Source: Candidatus Cloacimonadales bacterium (GTDB lineage Bacteria; Cloacimonadota; Cloacimonadia; Cloacimonadales; JAIOQZ01). From it: 64,000 nucleotides of DNA. Shown here piece after piece: positions 20,301-28,439 of this stretch (the stretch's first letter is position 1; every line of letters starts with the position of its first letter). Made by a program: the position numbers and the translations under genes. Below the pieces are notes generated by a model. The model was not told the DNA's origin. It ran no database searches and worked only from the letters and a program-made list of their open reading frames with translations. The DNA lies in assembly GCA_963662655.2 (NCBI GenBank), contig CAXXTU010000002.1, positions 1,120,001 through 1,184,000 of the forward strand, given 5' to 3'.

Positions 20301-21234
20301 TGACAACGAACTTGTACATGTATTCGCCCGGTGCCAAATCCAAAGTTACCGACCAGGTATCTCCGTCTTGCATCATCGGGGTTGCGGACATATCCCAGTT
20401 GTTGAAATCACCCGCGATATTCATGGATGACGCACCGGGATTATCATAGGTGAAGGTCACGTTTCCGGCTTGCGCGGTTTTCTTGGGGGCCTTCTTGGGA
20501 GCTGGTTTCTCCACTTTCTTCGCTTCACCACCGACGTTAACCACGGAATTCTGTCCGCCGTAGCCATCGTCTGCCGTGTTGGGATTGTCGGGATCGGCAA
20601 CCCAGTCGGAGCCGTTAACCACAAACTTGTACATGTATTCGCCCGGTGCGAGGTCCATGGAGATCGTCCAGGTGTTTCCGTCCTTCTCCATCGGTGTCGC
20701 GGCCATGTCCCAGTTATTGAAATCACCCGCGACATTCACAGATGACGCGCCTGGTTTATTGTATGTGAAGGTCACGTTTCCGGCTTGCGCGGCTTTCTTG
20801 GGGGCCTTCTTTGGGGCTTCCTTCACAACCTTGGACGCTTCGCCGCCGGTAACGGTCAGAACGGAGTTCGCTCCGCCGTAGCCGTCGTCTGCCGTGTTGG
20901 GATTGTCGGGATCGGCAACCCAGTCCGCGCCGTTGATAACGAACTTGTACATGTATTCGCCAGGTTTAAGATCCAGCGCGACCTGCCAGGTGTTCCCCAC
21001 CTTCTCCATAGGCGTCGCGGAGGAATTCCAGTCGTTGAAATCCCCTGCTACATGCACGCTGTTCGCGCTTGAATTCTTGTATGTTACAAGGACCCCAGAA
21101 GCCGGGATTTCCGGTCCGGAAGCCTTTTCCGCCTTCTGCTGTGTCTTTCCGTCAAAATCACCGAAGCCGAGTGTGGTACATCCGGCCAGAATGATCAGGA
21201 CCAAACAGCACAATGCTATGATTATACGTTTCAT
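17362..21234 (-). CDS. Lipoprotein GH13 alpha-glucan hydrolase (neopullulanase/cyclomaltodextrinase-like) with six N-terminal CBM48-like repeats
   Basis: Lipobox LAGC; six AG(D/S)FNxW...YKFV...DG(Y/F)GGxNS domains; IYQIFPERF, LDVAFNH, GFRLDVPNE, VGEIW and NLIDSHD, so the catalytic triad is present. Confidence 0.92.
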   Translation of the reverse strand: MKRIIIALCCLVLIILAGCTTLGFGDFDGKTQQKAEKASGPEIPASGVLVTYKNSSANSVHVAGDFNDWNSSATPMEKVGNTWQVALDLKPGEYMYKFVINGADWVADPDNPNTADDGYGGANSVLTVTGGEASKVVKEAPKKAPKKAAQAGNVTFTYNKPGASSVNVAGDFNNWDMAATPMEKDGNTWTISMDLAPGEYMYKFVVNGSDWVADPDNPNTADDGYGGQNSVVNVGGEAKKVEKPAPKKAPKKTAQAGNVTFTYDNPGASSMNIAGDFNNWDMSATPMMQDGDTWSVTLDLAPGEYMYKFVVNGSDWVADPDNPNTADDGYGGKNSVVNVGGEAKKAEKKAPAKKPVSGKGTVVTYSDAGASSVNIAGDFNNWDMAATPMMQDGDTWSVTLDLTPGEYQYKFVVNGSDWKPDPNNSNVMDDGYGGQNSVLVVGEGKDTGVKKVATKTQEKSPQGAIPVTFTYQPLIGGKHDIYVAGDFNNWSPTANKMKEVSGEYSTTIDLQPGKYAYKFVVDDNWLADESAEEFVGDGYGGQNSVVYAGDPKELNALRKVKFRYTPGKPVKEVYLAGSFNAWNQKEDRMLDNGDGTFEIVMLLKPDEYHYKFVVDGIEWLHDSNAQRFADDGFGGKNSVVLVDETFPMVTLEVADGQMLTYGISTDQSIETVNPLSEKTVEFKTKAHLGDVENVTFWKDGKELPMKLVSEDGSFEYYRIFVELKNPDEAFDYCFVYHDGPKKFYLLEGEIAETLNNAKLFHYPVAGLEPFITPNWVKEGVIYQIFPERFYNGSKYNDPDFSEWYYDGMRTPPPKGKKLKKDQVYYRLIEDWYDVAPLTSNPYHPEGKPDWWAFYGGDIVGIHQKLDYLHDLGITIIYFNPIFQARSNHKYDAADYMKMDPHFGTEQQLKDFIKDAHDLGIHVILDVAFNHTGDTFWAFQDGKKNGPASEYYEWYEWKKWPLPESNYKPADYYECWWGFGEMPDLDYDKSRPSASENSVKDITQAQPNKPVVDYILGLVDYWIGDVGFDGFRLDVPNEVPFWFWRLFRERVKEVKPDAYLVGEIWSNAVDWVNNDYFDAVMNYAYFKDPVQRFFNQRNCSAKTFDRDLKPGLLTYPTQSTQAMMNLIDSHDTHRYLETAGGDVNKLKMAAFFQMTYVGAPHIWYGDEIGMMGAHDPDCRRPFEWNYTENQDRVALREYYKKLIKIRKENKALTKGDFHTLLAKEKIYSFLREYKGEEIVVVINNETSPRNITVDVPVKSAQLTDLMTGKTYKVDGGKVTLSLEGQTGAILK

Positions 21235-21259
21235 GCGTAACTCCTGTATTCTCGATTAT

Positions 21260-22219
21260 TTAATTTGCCAGCATCGCTTCGATGACTGTCGTGAAGCTTC
21301 CTGCCGAATCCCACTGCGGGATCGAATCGTTGGCGAAATACTGATCGCCGCCGCCGCCGATGAGGGCAACAAGGCCGATCGATTGGCCGGCCGGAGCGTT
21401 TTCAGCGCCGTAGATTTGCTCGAAAGGAATCGCGATCTCGATGCAGCTTGCGGTCATGGCGACCTCAATCTCGAGCGGATTTGTGTCGATCGCGGCAGGA
21501 TCGGAGAAGCTCGCGCAGAACGCGTCGGCTAGCGCCCAATTACAGATGCCGATATCAGCGCCGAAGAAATCAGGTGCCGTAACGGTTTTGCGCAGACGAT
21601 TACCCGGGTCTCCCCCACTGAGCGTAGAGAAGTCATTCACACCGGTCTCGTCACCGAAGTCGGTATCGATGTAGAAGTTCACAGTGTTGTCCGAGGACGA
21701 GAATTGTCCGGTCACGCAGATAAACAAATGCGTAGCGTTCTGTGCCATGTAGAAGCAGTTGAAATCGTTCGGACCCCAGTCGGAGGCGTTGTTGTTGATG
21801 TAGAACGGCTCTCCCCAATCGGTCGAATCCGCATCGACGGTGATTTCTCTGAATTCCATAGGCTCGGAATACTCGAAGACAACCGTGCTGGTTGTTTCAG
21901 TTTTATTAGGCTCCAGCGCTATCGTGAGGCTCTTGCTTCCATAGCTTTCGGAGAAGAAATAAATCGAATACTCTCCCGCCGAGAGACCGTCAAGATGCCA
22001 GTAACCATCTGAATCGGTCGTGGTTTGAGCAGCTTTGATCATCTCGCCGTCGGAATTGAGATAGAGCTCCACGGTCGCCGACAGCGTATCGGTTGAAGCC
22101 TCCTCGAACTCGACATAGCCTTCCACGGAGGCGTTGTGGTAGAAGGGGCTGTCGGTGGGTGAATCTTCACATGCGATAAAAATCAGCATGATGGCGATAA
22201 TGCTTGTTATCCATTTCAT
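21260..22219 (-). CDS. Lipoprotein with Ig-like and DOMON/CBM9-like domains
   Basis: Lipobox FIAC; TTTDSDGYWHLDGLSAGEY; ITVDADSTDW...FYIDTD...IEIAIPF. Confidence 0.65.
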   Translation of the reverse strand: MKWITSIIAIMLIFIACEDSPTDSPFYHNASVEGYVEFEEASTDTLSATVELYLNSDGEMIKAAQTTTDSDGYWHLDGLSAGEYSIYFFSESYGSKSLTIALEPNKTETTSTVVFEYSEPMEFREITVDADSTDWGEPFYINNNASDWGPNDFNCFYMAQNATHLFICVTGQFSSSDNTVNFYIDTDFGDETGVNDFSTLSGGDPGNRLRKTVTAPDFFGADIGICNWALADAFCASFSDPAAIDTNPLEIEVAMTASCIEIAIPFEQIYGAENAPAGQSIGLVALIGGGGDQYFANDSIPQWDSAGSFTTVIEAMLAN

Positions 22220-22236
22220 ATATCGTACCTCGTATT

Positions 22237-22653
22237 CTATTCGATCGTCAGCACGGAATTCTTTCCGCCGTAACCATCGTCCGTATAGTCGAGCGCGTTG
22301 GGGTCCGTGAACCAGGAGTTGCGATCGACAACATATTTGTAGGTGTATCGTCCGGGAGGCAGATCCTTGACCAGTGTCCAGATTCCGTCGTCCGCTTCCA
22401 GGTCGCCATGCGTACCGTCGTCATACATCTTATCGATATTGGGGTCGTACTGCGCGCTCGTCGACGCGGTTCCTCCCCAGAGGTTGTCCGGGAAGTCTCC
22501 TGCCAGCGTCACCAGCCGAGCAGATGGCGCTTCGTACTGGAACACCACCCCTTTTTTCGACTTGTACGGGGGCGGAAGTCTCTTCTTGATGAAGTTGAGC
22601 TCGCAACCCGCAAGTAGCATCAGAGCCACGGCAATCACAATATATCTCTTCAT
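22237..22653 (-). CDS. Small CBM48-like (glycogen-binding) lipoprotein
   Basis: Lipobox LAGC; LAGDF, PGRYTYKYVVD...DDGYGGKNS; MYDDGTHGD...DDGIWT insert. Confidence 0.8.
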   Translation of the reverse strand: MKRYIVIAVALMLLAGCELNFIKKRLPPPYKSKKGVVFQYEAPSARLVTLAGDFPDNLWGGTASTSAQYDPNIDKMYDDGTHGDLEADDGIWTLVKDLPPGRYTYKYVVDRNSWFTDPNALDYTDDGYGGKNSVLTIE

Positions 22654-22668
22654 GATTCGCGCTCCTTG

Positions 22669-24738
22669 TTAGAATTTCAGCGTCGCTTCGAGCATGAAGC
22701 GTTTCTCGTCTTTCAGCGCTTCTTCCGCAGTGCGGATTTTCTCGCCGGTTCCGAGATACGCGTTCTCGGTGTATTCTTCATAATCGGCGGCTTCGCTCAG
22801 GTACTCGTCACGTCCACCGTAGTAGAACTCGTCCGTCACGTTGTTGAGCGTTCTCGGATTAACACCCCAGCCGAAGGAGAGTCGCACGTCGTCGGAGAGC
22901 TGGTATGCCAGCTCGGAGTAGTTGCTGACGAACACATCCTCGTCGTTACCGAAATCGGTCTCGAGACCCTGATATGGATCGTTGTAATACGGAATACGCG
23001 TGCTCGACCAGATCATCCACTCTTTGTTCAGATGGATTCCCACCGCAATCACGTTCTCGATATATTTGGCTTCCTTCATGAATCCCTGGTGCGCAAAGGT
23101 AGCGTCCCAGTCGATATCGACCGGGAAGTATACCTTGAACTTGTATCCCACCGAGAGATTCCAGGTAAGGGCTTCCTCGTATCCGAGTATGGTATAACGA
23201 TCGAATGGAACGTCCGAGTAGCGCTGGAACCAGCGACCGTTGCCGTCCGTCTTTTCCATGTACTTGTAGTAGTTGTTCCAGTCGACCAGCGAATCCGGGA
23301 ACTCGTAGGTCCAGTACTTCATCCCGATGCTCGCGGTGAAATCTCCCGCCTCGAAGTCGGCGTTCAGGCCGATGCGGTTGCGGGTGATTTCCTCGGTTGT
23401 CGTCTCGGGATTCGGGGTCAGTCCGTTCGGGTTCGCACCCGTCTCAAGGATGTACTCGATCTTGTTGGTTTGCAGATTCGCGTTCAACTTCAGAGCCGCC
23501 GGGAAATTCACTCGGAGGCCCAACCACGCGGAGTTGCCTTCCATCCAGGTGAATTCCTCTTCCGTGATGTATTCGTAGCCTTCTTCGCCGTAACGCTTGT
23601 GGTTGTTGCGGTTCTCGAAGCTGTAGTATTCCGCGTCGAGCGCCAGAAGCATCGGATTTTGCCAGCCGATTCCCATCATGTTGTGCTCGTAGGTCATATC
23701 GAAGGCATAGCTGTCGTGCTTCTGGAGGAGCTCATCCGATGCCGAGACTCTCACGCCGTACAGGGTTCCACCCAGGCGAAGGGTTTTCTGATTGCCCTCG
23801 CGCTCGGAGAAAAGCCAGCTCGTGGTAAGCCTTCCGGCTCCGGTGTCGGTTTCGGAATCGGTCGCGTCGTCGGAGTACAAGCCTTCGAAAGCCACCCGTA
23901 TTGGGGTTCCTGCAAGCAGGTCATTGAAGAACTGATCCGCCGTGTCCAGGTATACACCGCGCTGGTCGTAACCGAACGCGTAGTTGTACCTTCCGATGTC
24001 GCCCACGATGTGCATGGGATCGTCGAAAGTGATAAAGCCGTATTTATCGAACGCGGTAAGCTTGAAGTACTCAGTTTTGAGCTTCAGGTACGTTCTTTTA
24101 TATACGAGATGCGTACGCCACATGTCGCTGCCTTCATCGGTGTTGTTGATGCTCATCATCGTGAAGCCTTCGAAGTACTGATTGAACCGGACTTTGATAC
24201 CGAGATTGATATTGTGTTCCGGTTTATCGAGCATGTAGCGCGATTCTTCTTCGTCTTTACTGAAGATGTATTTGGTATAATAACGGCCCGTAAAATAGAC
24301 CTTGGGATTAATCATGCTGGCGATGCCTTCGCGCTCGGTTTTCTCCTCGGCGACGAGCTTGCCTTTGCCGTCGATCTCCACCAGCGAATTGGATCCGCCG
24401 TAGCCGTCATCCATCAGGTTGCTGTGGTCGGGATCGAAGAACCAGTTGCCGTCCACCACAAACTTGTATTGGTGTTTCCCGGGCGGCAACAGCACGGTCG
24501 TTGTCCACATGCCGTCACTGTCTTTTTGCATCGGTGTCGCACTCGAGTTCCATTCGTTGAACGAACCCGCTACGGAAACCGACTGGGCGTCGGGGGCATC
24601 GTAGGTGAACGCAACGCCATCCGAGACCACTTTGACCGCTGCGCCGAGCCACACTATCGGCAGGCTCAGAAGCACAAGCAAGATCAGTTTGTACATTCGT
24701 GTTGTATTACAAAGCCGACGTATTAAAGGCGCTTTCAT
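22669..24738 (-). CDS. Predicted outer-membrane beta-barrel protein with N-terminal CBM48-like domain
   Basis: AGGAG SD before ATG 24738 (alternative start 24696); signal peptide; VAGSFNEWN...YKFVVDG...DDGYGGSNS; then amphipathic aromatic-rich strands ending LEATLKF. Confidence 0.7.
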   Translation of the reverse strand: MKAPLIRRLCNTTRMYKLILLVLLSLPIVWLGAAVKVVSDGVAFTYDAPDAQSVSVAGSFNEWNSSATPMQKDSDGMWTTTVLLPPGKHQYKFVVDGNWFFDPDHSNLMDDGYGGSNSLVEIDGKGKLVAEEKTEREGIASMINPKVYFTGRYYTKYIFSKDEEESRYMLDKPEHNINLGIKVRFNQYFEGFTMMSINNTDEGSDMWRTHLVYKRTYLKLKTEYFKLTAFDKYGFITFDDPMHIVGDIGRYNYAFGYDQRGVYLDTADQFFNDLLAGTPIRVAFEGLYSDDATDSETDTGAGRLTTSWLFSEREGNQKTLRLGGTLYGVRVSASDELLQKHDSYAFDMTYEHNMMGIGWQNPMLLALDAEYYSFENRNNHKRYGEEGYEYITEEEFTWMEGNSAWLGLRVNFPAALKLNANLQTNKIEYILETGANPNGLTPNPETTTEEITRNRIGLNADFEAGDFTASIGMKYWTYEFPDSLVDWNNYYKYMEKTDGNGRWFQRYSDVPFDRYTILGYEEALTWNLSVGYKFKVYFPVDIDWDATFAHQGFMKEAKYIENVIAVGIHLNKEWMIWSSTRIPYYNDPYQGLETDFGNDEDVFVSNYSELAYQLSDDVRLSFGWGVNPRTLNNVTDEFYYGGRDEYLSEAADYEEYTENAYLGTGEKIRTAEEALKDEKRFMLEATLKF

Positions 24739-24821
24739 TCTATCTCCTGTTCCATCGATTTTCATGAACGATTGATTGCGTTGCAGGCGTGTACCCTGCG
24801 TCTTGTTATCTAACGTTTTCA

Positions 24822-26330
24822 TCAGAACCACCCCTTGAGGATCAGCTTAACTTCCTTCTCCATATCGCCACCGGAAGAAAATCCATCGTCGTTGACAAGC
24901 CCGTACTGTCCCCACCAACTCGGTCCGTATTGCAGGTAGAGCTCGGTGTTGCCGCTGAGCCTGTACTGGATCTCTCCAAAGATGCTGTGACGCGATCCTT
25001 CTTCATCGTTAGCGATCATACCGCGCATGAAGAATTTCCATTCGTCGGTAAGGTTGACGCTGACCTCTACGCCGGTAAGCTGTACCTCCGAGTCCTCGCC
25101 CATGTCCTTGATCTTGAACTGCGTAAGCAGCTTGGCCAGGCGATTCTCAACGGAAAGCTCCGCAAAGAAGTCGTAGTGTTTGTACTTCGTGTTGTTGTAG
25201 TCTTCGTCTTTTTTATTGTAGTATATCTTGCCCTTGAAGCCCTTCACGAATTCGATGTACATCTCCGTGTAGAGATTCGTGGTGGGGTTGTAGACTTCCT
25301 TCTTCTGGGTGTCGAACGTTCCGTCGGGAGCGATCCTGGTAACATAAACCGTATCGGGGACATGGTTCTGCCATGCCGAGTAGTTCACCGTAAGCGTTAT
25401 GGCGCGGTTGGGAACCAGGTATTTGGTGTCCAGCCAGTAGCCGTATTCGTTGTACTTGTTCTCTCCCATATAATTCCGGTAGGTGTCGCCGTACGACCAT
25501 CCACCGGGTTTCAACAAGATGTAGCCTAATTTTGCCGTTCCGACGCGGATACCCATGAATTCCCCTTTCAACGCGATGTTGGATTTCAGGATATCTTCGT
25601 CTTCGTATTCATCGTTACGTTGCTGGATGTCTTCTTCAGCGGGGACATCGCTCCAGGCGAATTCCGTGTTGAGGTAGTACCGTCCCATGCCGGCGTGGAA
25701 ATCCACTGCCGCCACTTCGTTGTACTCCTTCTCCTGTCCCGTGGAGTAATTCTTACGCTGATAGAACACGCCGAAACGGAGCCGTTCCGAGAGATTCTGG
25801 CGATACCGCATCAGGTGAACGTCGTCGCCCTCGCCGGACGAGAAATCGCTCACAACGTACGTAAAGCTTCCGCCGAACGGATACCAGAGATCCCAGCGAG
25901 CGCCCTGTCCGTTGCCGTCGTTGTTCACCGAGCCGGTATTCACGATTCCCAGCATGGAGCCGTCCGTCCAGTAGTGGCCGCTTTCACGGGTGAAAAGGAC
26001 GCCCTGTCCTCCCCATCCGCTTCTTTCGTAGCGATACTGAACATGGCCCTCGCCGAATATCGATTCCGTGTTACCGGTGTTCTTGTAAGAATCCTGTCCC
26101 TTGTCGTTATCCGCGTAAATTTTGAAGAATACTTCCGCGTTCTTCAGAGGGCTGGAGAAGAAGCGCGTCTCGATGTAGTAGTTCGGGTCCCACATGTTCC
26201 ACTTGTATTCCTCGGAATCGTAGGTTCTGCCGAACTGTCCTTCGAGGTAACCCTCCATCTTGATGGGGCCAGCCTTCAGAAGCGCAGCAAAAAGCAAAAT
26301 CAGGATCAATGCGATGGTATGTTTTTTCAT
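24822..26330 (-). CDS. Predicted outer-membrane beta-barrel protein, unknown family
   Basis: Signal peptide, alternating aromatic/polar strands, C-terminal LILKGWF. Confidence 0.65.
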   Translation of the reverse strand: MKKHTIALILILLFAALLKAGPIKMEGYLEGQFGRTYDSEEYKWNMWDPNYYIETRFFSSPLKNAEVFFKIYADNDKGQDSYKNTGNTESIFGEGHVQYRYERSGWGGQGVLFTRESGHYWTDGSMLGIVNTGSVNNDGNGQGARWDLWYPFGGSFTYVVSDFSSGEGDDVHLMRYRQNLSERLRFGVFYQRKNYSTGQEKEYNEVAAVDFHAGMGRYYLNTEFAWSDVPAEEDIQQRNDEYEDEDILKSNIALKGEFMGIRVGTAKLGYILLKPGGWSYGDTYRNYMGENKYNEYGYWLDTKYLVPNRAITLTVNYSAWQNHVPDTVYVTRIAPDGTFDTQKKEVYNPTTNLYTEMYIEFVKGFKGKIYYNKKDEDYNNTKYKHYDFFAELSVENRLAKLLTQFKIKDMGEDSEVQLTGVEVSVNLTDEWKFFMRGMIANDEEGSRHSIFGEIQYRLSGNTELYLQYGPSWWGQYGLVNDDGFSSGGDMEKEVKLILKGWF

Positions 26331-26341
26331 CTACGTAATCC

Positions 26342-27241
26342 TTATATTTCAAAGTCGTCCATTGCGAACCGAACCCCGAAGGTCAAGCGGTATGTGCTAC
26401 CCAGTTCGTCGTGCTGAAAAACAGCAGCGTCAAGTGTCCACCAGCTCGATTTCAATCCGAAACCGGCGGTGAGGTTCTCTCCACTCAAACCGATGCGCGG
26501 CGCGAATACGTCGTAAAACCACATCTCGCAACCGAGGTTCAACTGGCTATCGCTGCCTTCCCATTTATAATCCGCCAGGAAGTTAACGATACCTCTCCAA
26601 CTGTAACACGCTCCCGCCACATATTGACGATCGAGCTTGTCGCCTTCCTCCACCAGCTTGAACTCGGGCTGGAAGATATTGCGCGTCACAAAACTGATCG
26701 TGAGCGGCTTCATCGGCTGAACCTGCATCCCGAGGTCCATGTCGAAATTACCGACTTCATCCGCGTCCGAGTAGCCCGGAACGCTTACGCGCATGTATTT
26801 CAGCGTCGCACCAAACCGTAGCGGCACATTCCTGAGCCACACGATCGATGCGCCACCCAGCGATAAGACATCCTCGTAGTACTCGCCTTCCAGGCCGACC
26901 TGCGTCCAGGCGAAACCGGTGCGGATGTACGGAAACGGCATCGAGAACGCGATCATTTCGCTGTTCAAGCCGGAGATTCCGTACAGATTCTGGTGCGACA
27001 TCGAGAAGGAGTATTTCTCCACACGAGTCAATCCGGCCGGATTCCAGAAGAGCGCGGTGGGATCGTCGCTGAGCGCGGTGTAGGCGTTTCCGAGAGCGTA
27101 CGCACGCGCACCGTGATTCATACCCTTGAAATCGGCGTGAGCCAATGCAGGTAGGAGAATCAGGATGGTCAGCGTAAGCAGTTGGATGGTAACGGTCACT
27201 TTTTTCCGGGATTTCCCGGAATCAATCAATGTTTCTTTCAT
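26342..27241 (-). CDS. PorV/PorP-like (FadL-fold) outer-membrane barrel
   Basis: GARAYALGNAYTALSDDPTALFWNPAGL N-terminal motif; LRFGATLK, DLG and LG.TYR strands. Confidence 0.75.
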   Translation of the reverse strand: MKETLIDSGKSRKKVTVTIQLLTLTILILLPALAHADFKGMNHGARAYALGNAYTALSDDPTALFWNPAGLTRVEKYSFSMSHQNLYGISGLNSEMIAFSMPFPYIRTGFAWTQVGLEGEYYEDVLSLGGASIVWLRNVPLRFGATLKYMRVSVPGYSDADEVGNFDMDLGMQVQPMKPLTISFVTRNIFQPEFKLVEEGDKLDRQYVAGACYSWRGIVNFLADYKWEGSDSQLNLGCEMWFYDVFAPRIGLSGENLTAGFGLKSSWWTLDAAVFQHDELGSTYRLTFGVRFAMDDFEI

Positions 27242-27282
27242 AAAAAAAACAAACCTTATCTCTTTGTATTAACGGTCATTGG

Positions 27283-28392
27283 TCACTTGATCAATACGAC
27301 CGCCTCCTTGTGACTGACTTCTTTGGAATCGGCGATGAATCGTAGGATGTACACGCCGAAATTCACCAAATTCCCATCTTGATCCCGTCCGGTCCATTCC
27401 CACTCGAGATTGCCGGTCGATGCAGCCGTCCCGACCTTTTTGCCGTCGAGGTTGAATATCTCGACACTGAAGATCGAACCGCGATTGGTTTCGAGCGAGA
27501 AGGTCAGCTTTTCGCCACGCGTCGGCGCGAAAACCTTACCGTCGTCGAAGATAACGCGTTCCACCTTCAGGGATTGGGCTTCGAACGGCGGACGCTTGAA
27601 GAACGAAGTGTGGTAGTTGGGAAGAACGCCCATATCCGGTTCTCCGTCACCGTTCTGGTCAATCGGGACTTCCACATAGTTGTCCAGGACAACGGTTTCC
27701 GTCTGATCGGGCATTCCGCTGAGGTTGTCTGGCGCTGAGTCCGGCCCTGCGGTATGGTCGCCGCCGCCGGTGATCACAGCCAGAAACTTGATCGTAGGGT
27801 AGTTCAGCATCGAGCGTTCATCGCTGTAATAGATGCCGGCCCAGGGGATTTTCGCCTCCAGGGCGCGATCGCTCGAACCGGTGTTGAACGTGGCGAAGTC
27901 CTCGTATCCGAGGTATCCGTCGCCCCATTCGTCGGCGGTGTCCGAAAGACCTTCGCGTACTTCCCAGAACTGCGGATTGTTGTTGGTATCCCAGGTCGCC
28001 AGGAAGAAATCAGGATAGACGTTGTAAAAACGGAATTCGCGGTTCCAGGTGTTCAGCTCTTCCATGTCGTCGATGCCGTAGTCGTCGTACACATCGATGA
28101 ACAGGATCACATTGTTGTCCCAGCTCGTGGCGTCAACCGCAACGTAGAGGTAGGTTTGGTCCCAGGTCACGCGAATCTGACGGATATCGTTGTTCTCGCC
28201 CCAGCGGGAGTCGTTGGGATATTCCAGCGGAATGCCAGTGGAATCGCTGAGAACGTATTCGTCCGTCGTGAAATCGCTGCTGTAACCGTCGATGATGATT
28301 CGTCCGGAGAGATCAGCGGCGGTAACAGCGGATAGAGTAATTGCAATGACAAGAACTGTCAGGGTAATAAACCACTTCATAGATTTGTCCAT
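27283..28392 (-). CDS. Secreted DOMON/CBM9-like protein with variant FlgD-Ig/T9SS-like CTD
   Basis: Signal peptide (start 28392 or 28380); IIIDG...VTWDQTYLYVAV; VFAP...VEIFNLDGKKV...WTGRDQDG...GVYIL...VLIK. Confidence 0.65.
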   Translation of the reverse strand: MDKSMKWFITLTVLVIAITLSAVTAADLSGRIIIDGYSSDFTTDEYVLSDSTGIPLEYPNDSRWGENNDIRQIRVTWDQTYLYVAVDATSWDNNVILFIDVYDDYGIDDMEELNTWNREFRFYNVYPDFFLATWDTNNNPQFWEVREGLSDTADEWGDGYLGYEDFATFNTGSSDRALEAKIPWAGIYYSDERSMLNYPTIKFLAVITGGGDHTAGPDSAPDNLSGMPDQTETVVLDNYVEVPIDQNGDGEPDMGVLPNYHTSFFKRPPFEAQSLKVERVIFDDGKVFAPTRGEKLTFSLETNRGSIFSVEIFNLDGKKVGTAASTGNLEWEWTGRDQDGNLVNFGVYILRFIADSKEVSHKEAVVLIK

Positions 28393-28400
28393 TTTAAAGA

Positions 28401-28430
28401 GGAAAGGGGAACCGCAACCAGCGATTCCCC
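28401..28430 (-). terminator. Stem-loop (terminator or mRNA stabiliser) inside the locus
   Basis: Minus strand GGGGAATCGC-tggtt-GCGGTTCCCC-TTT. Confidence 0.6.
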
Positions 28431-28439
28431 AAACCGGAA

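Noticed and set aside
19900..21100. Regularly spaced identical 41-53 bp repeats resembling a CRISPR array
   Set aside because: The period is 306-318 bp and in frame within CBM48 domains; no cas genes or short spacers anywhere in the window.
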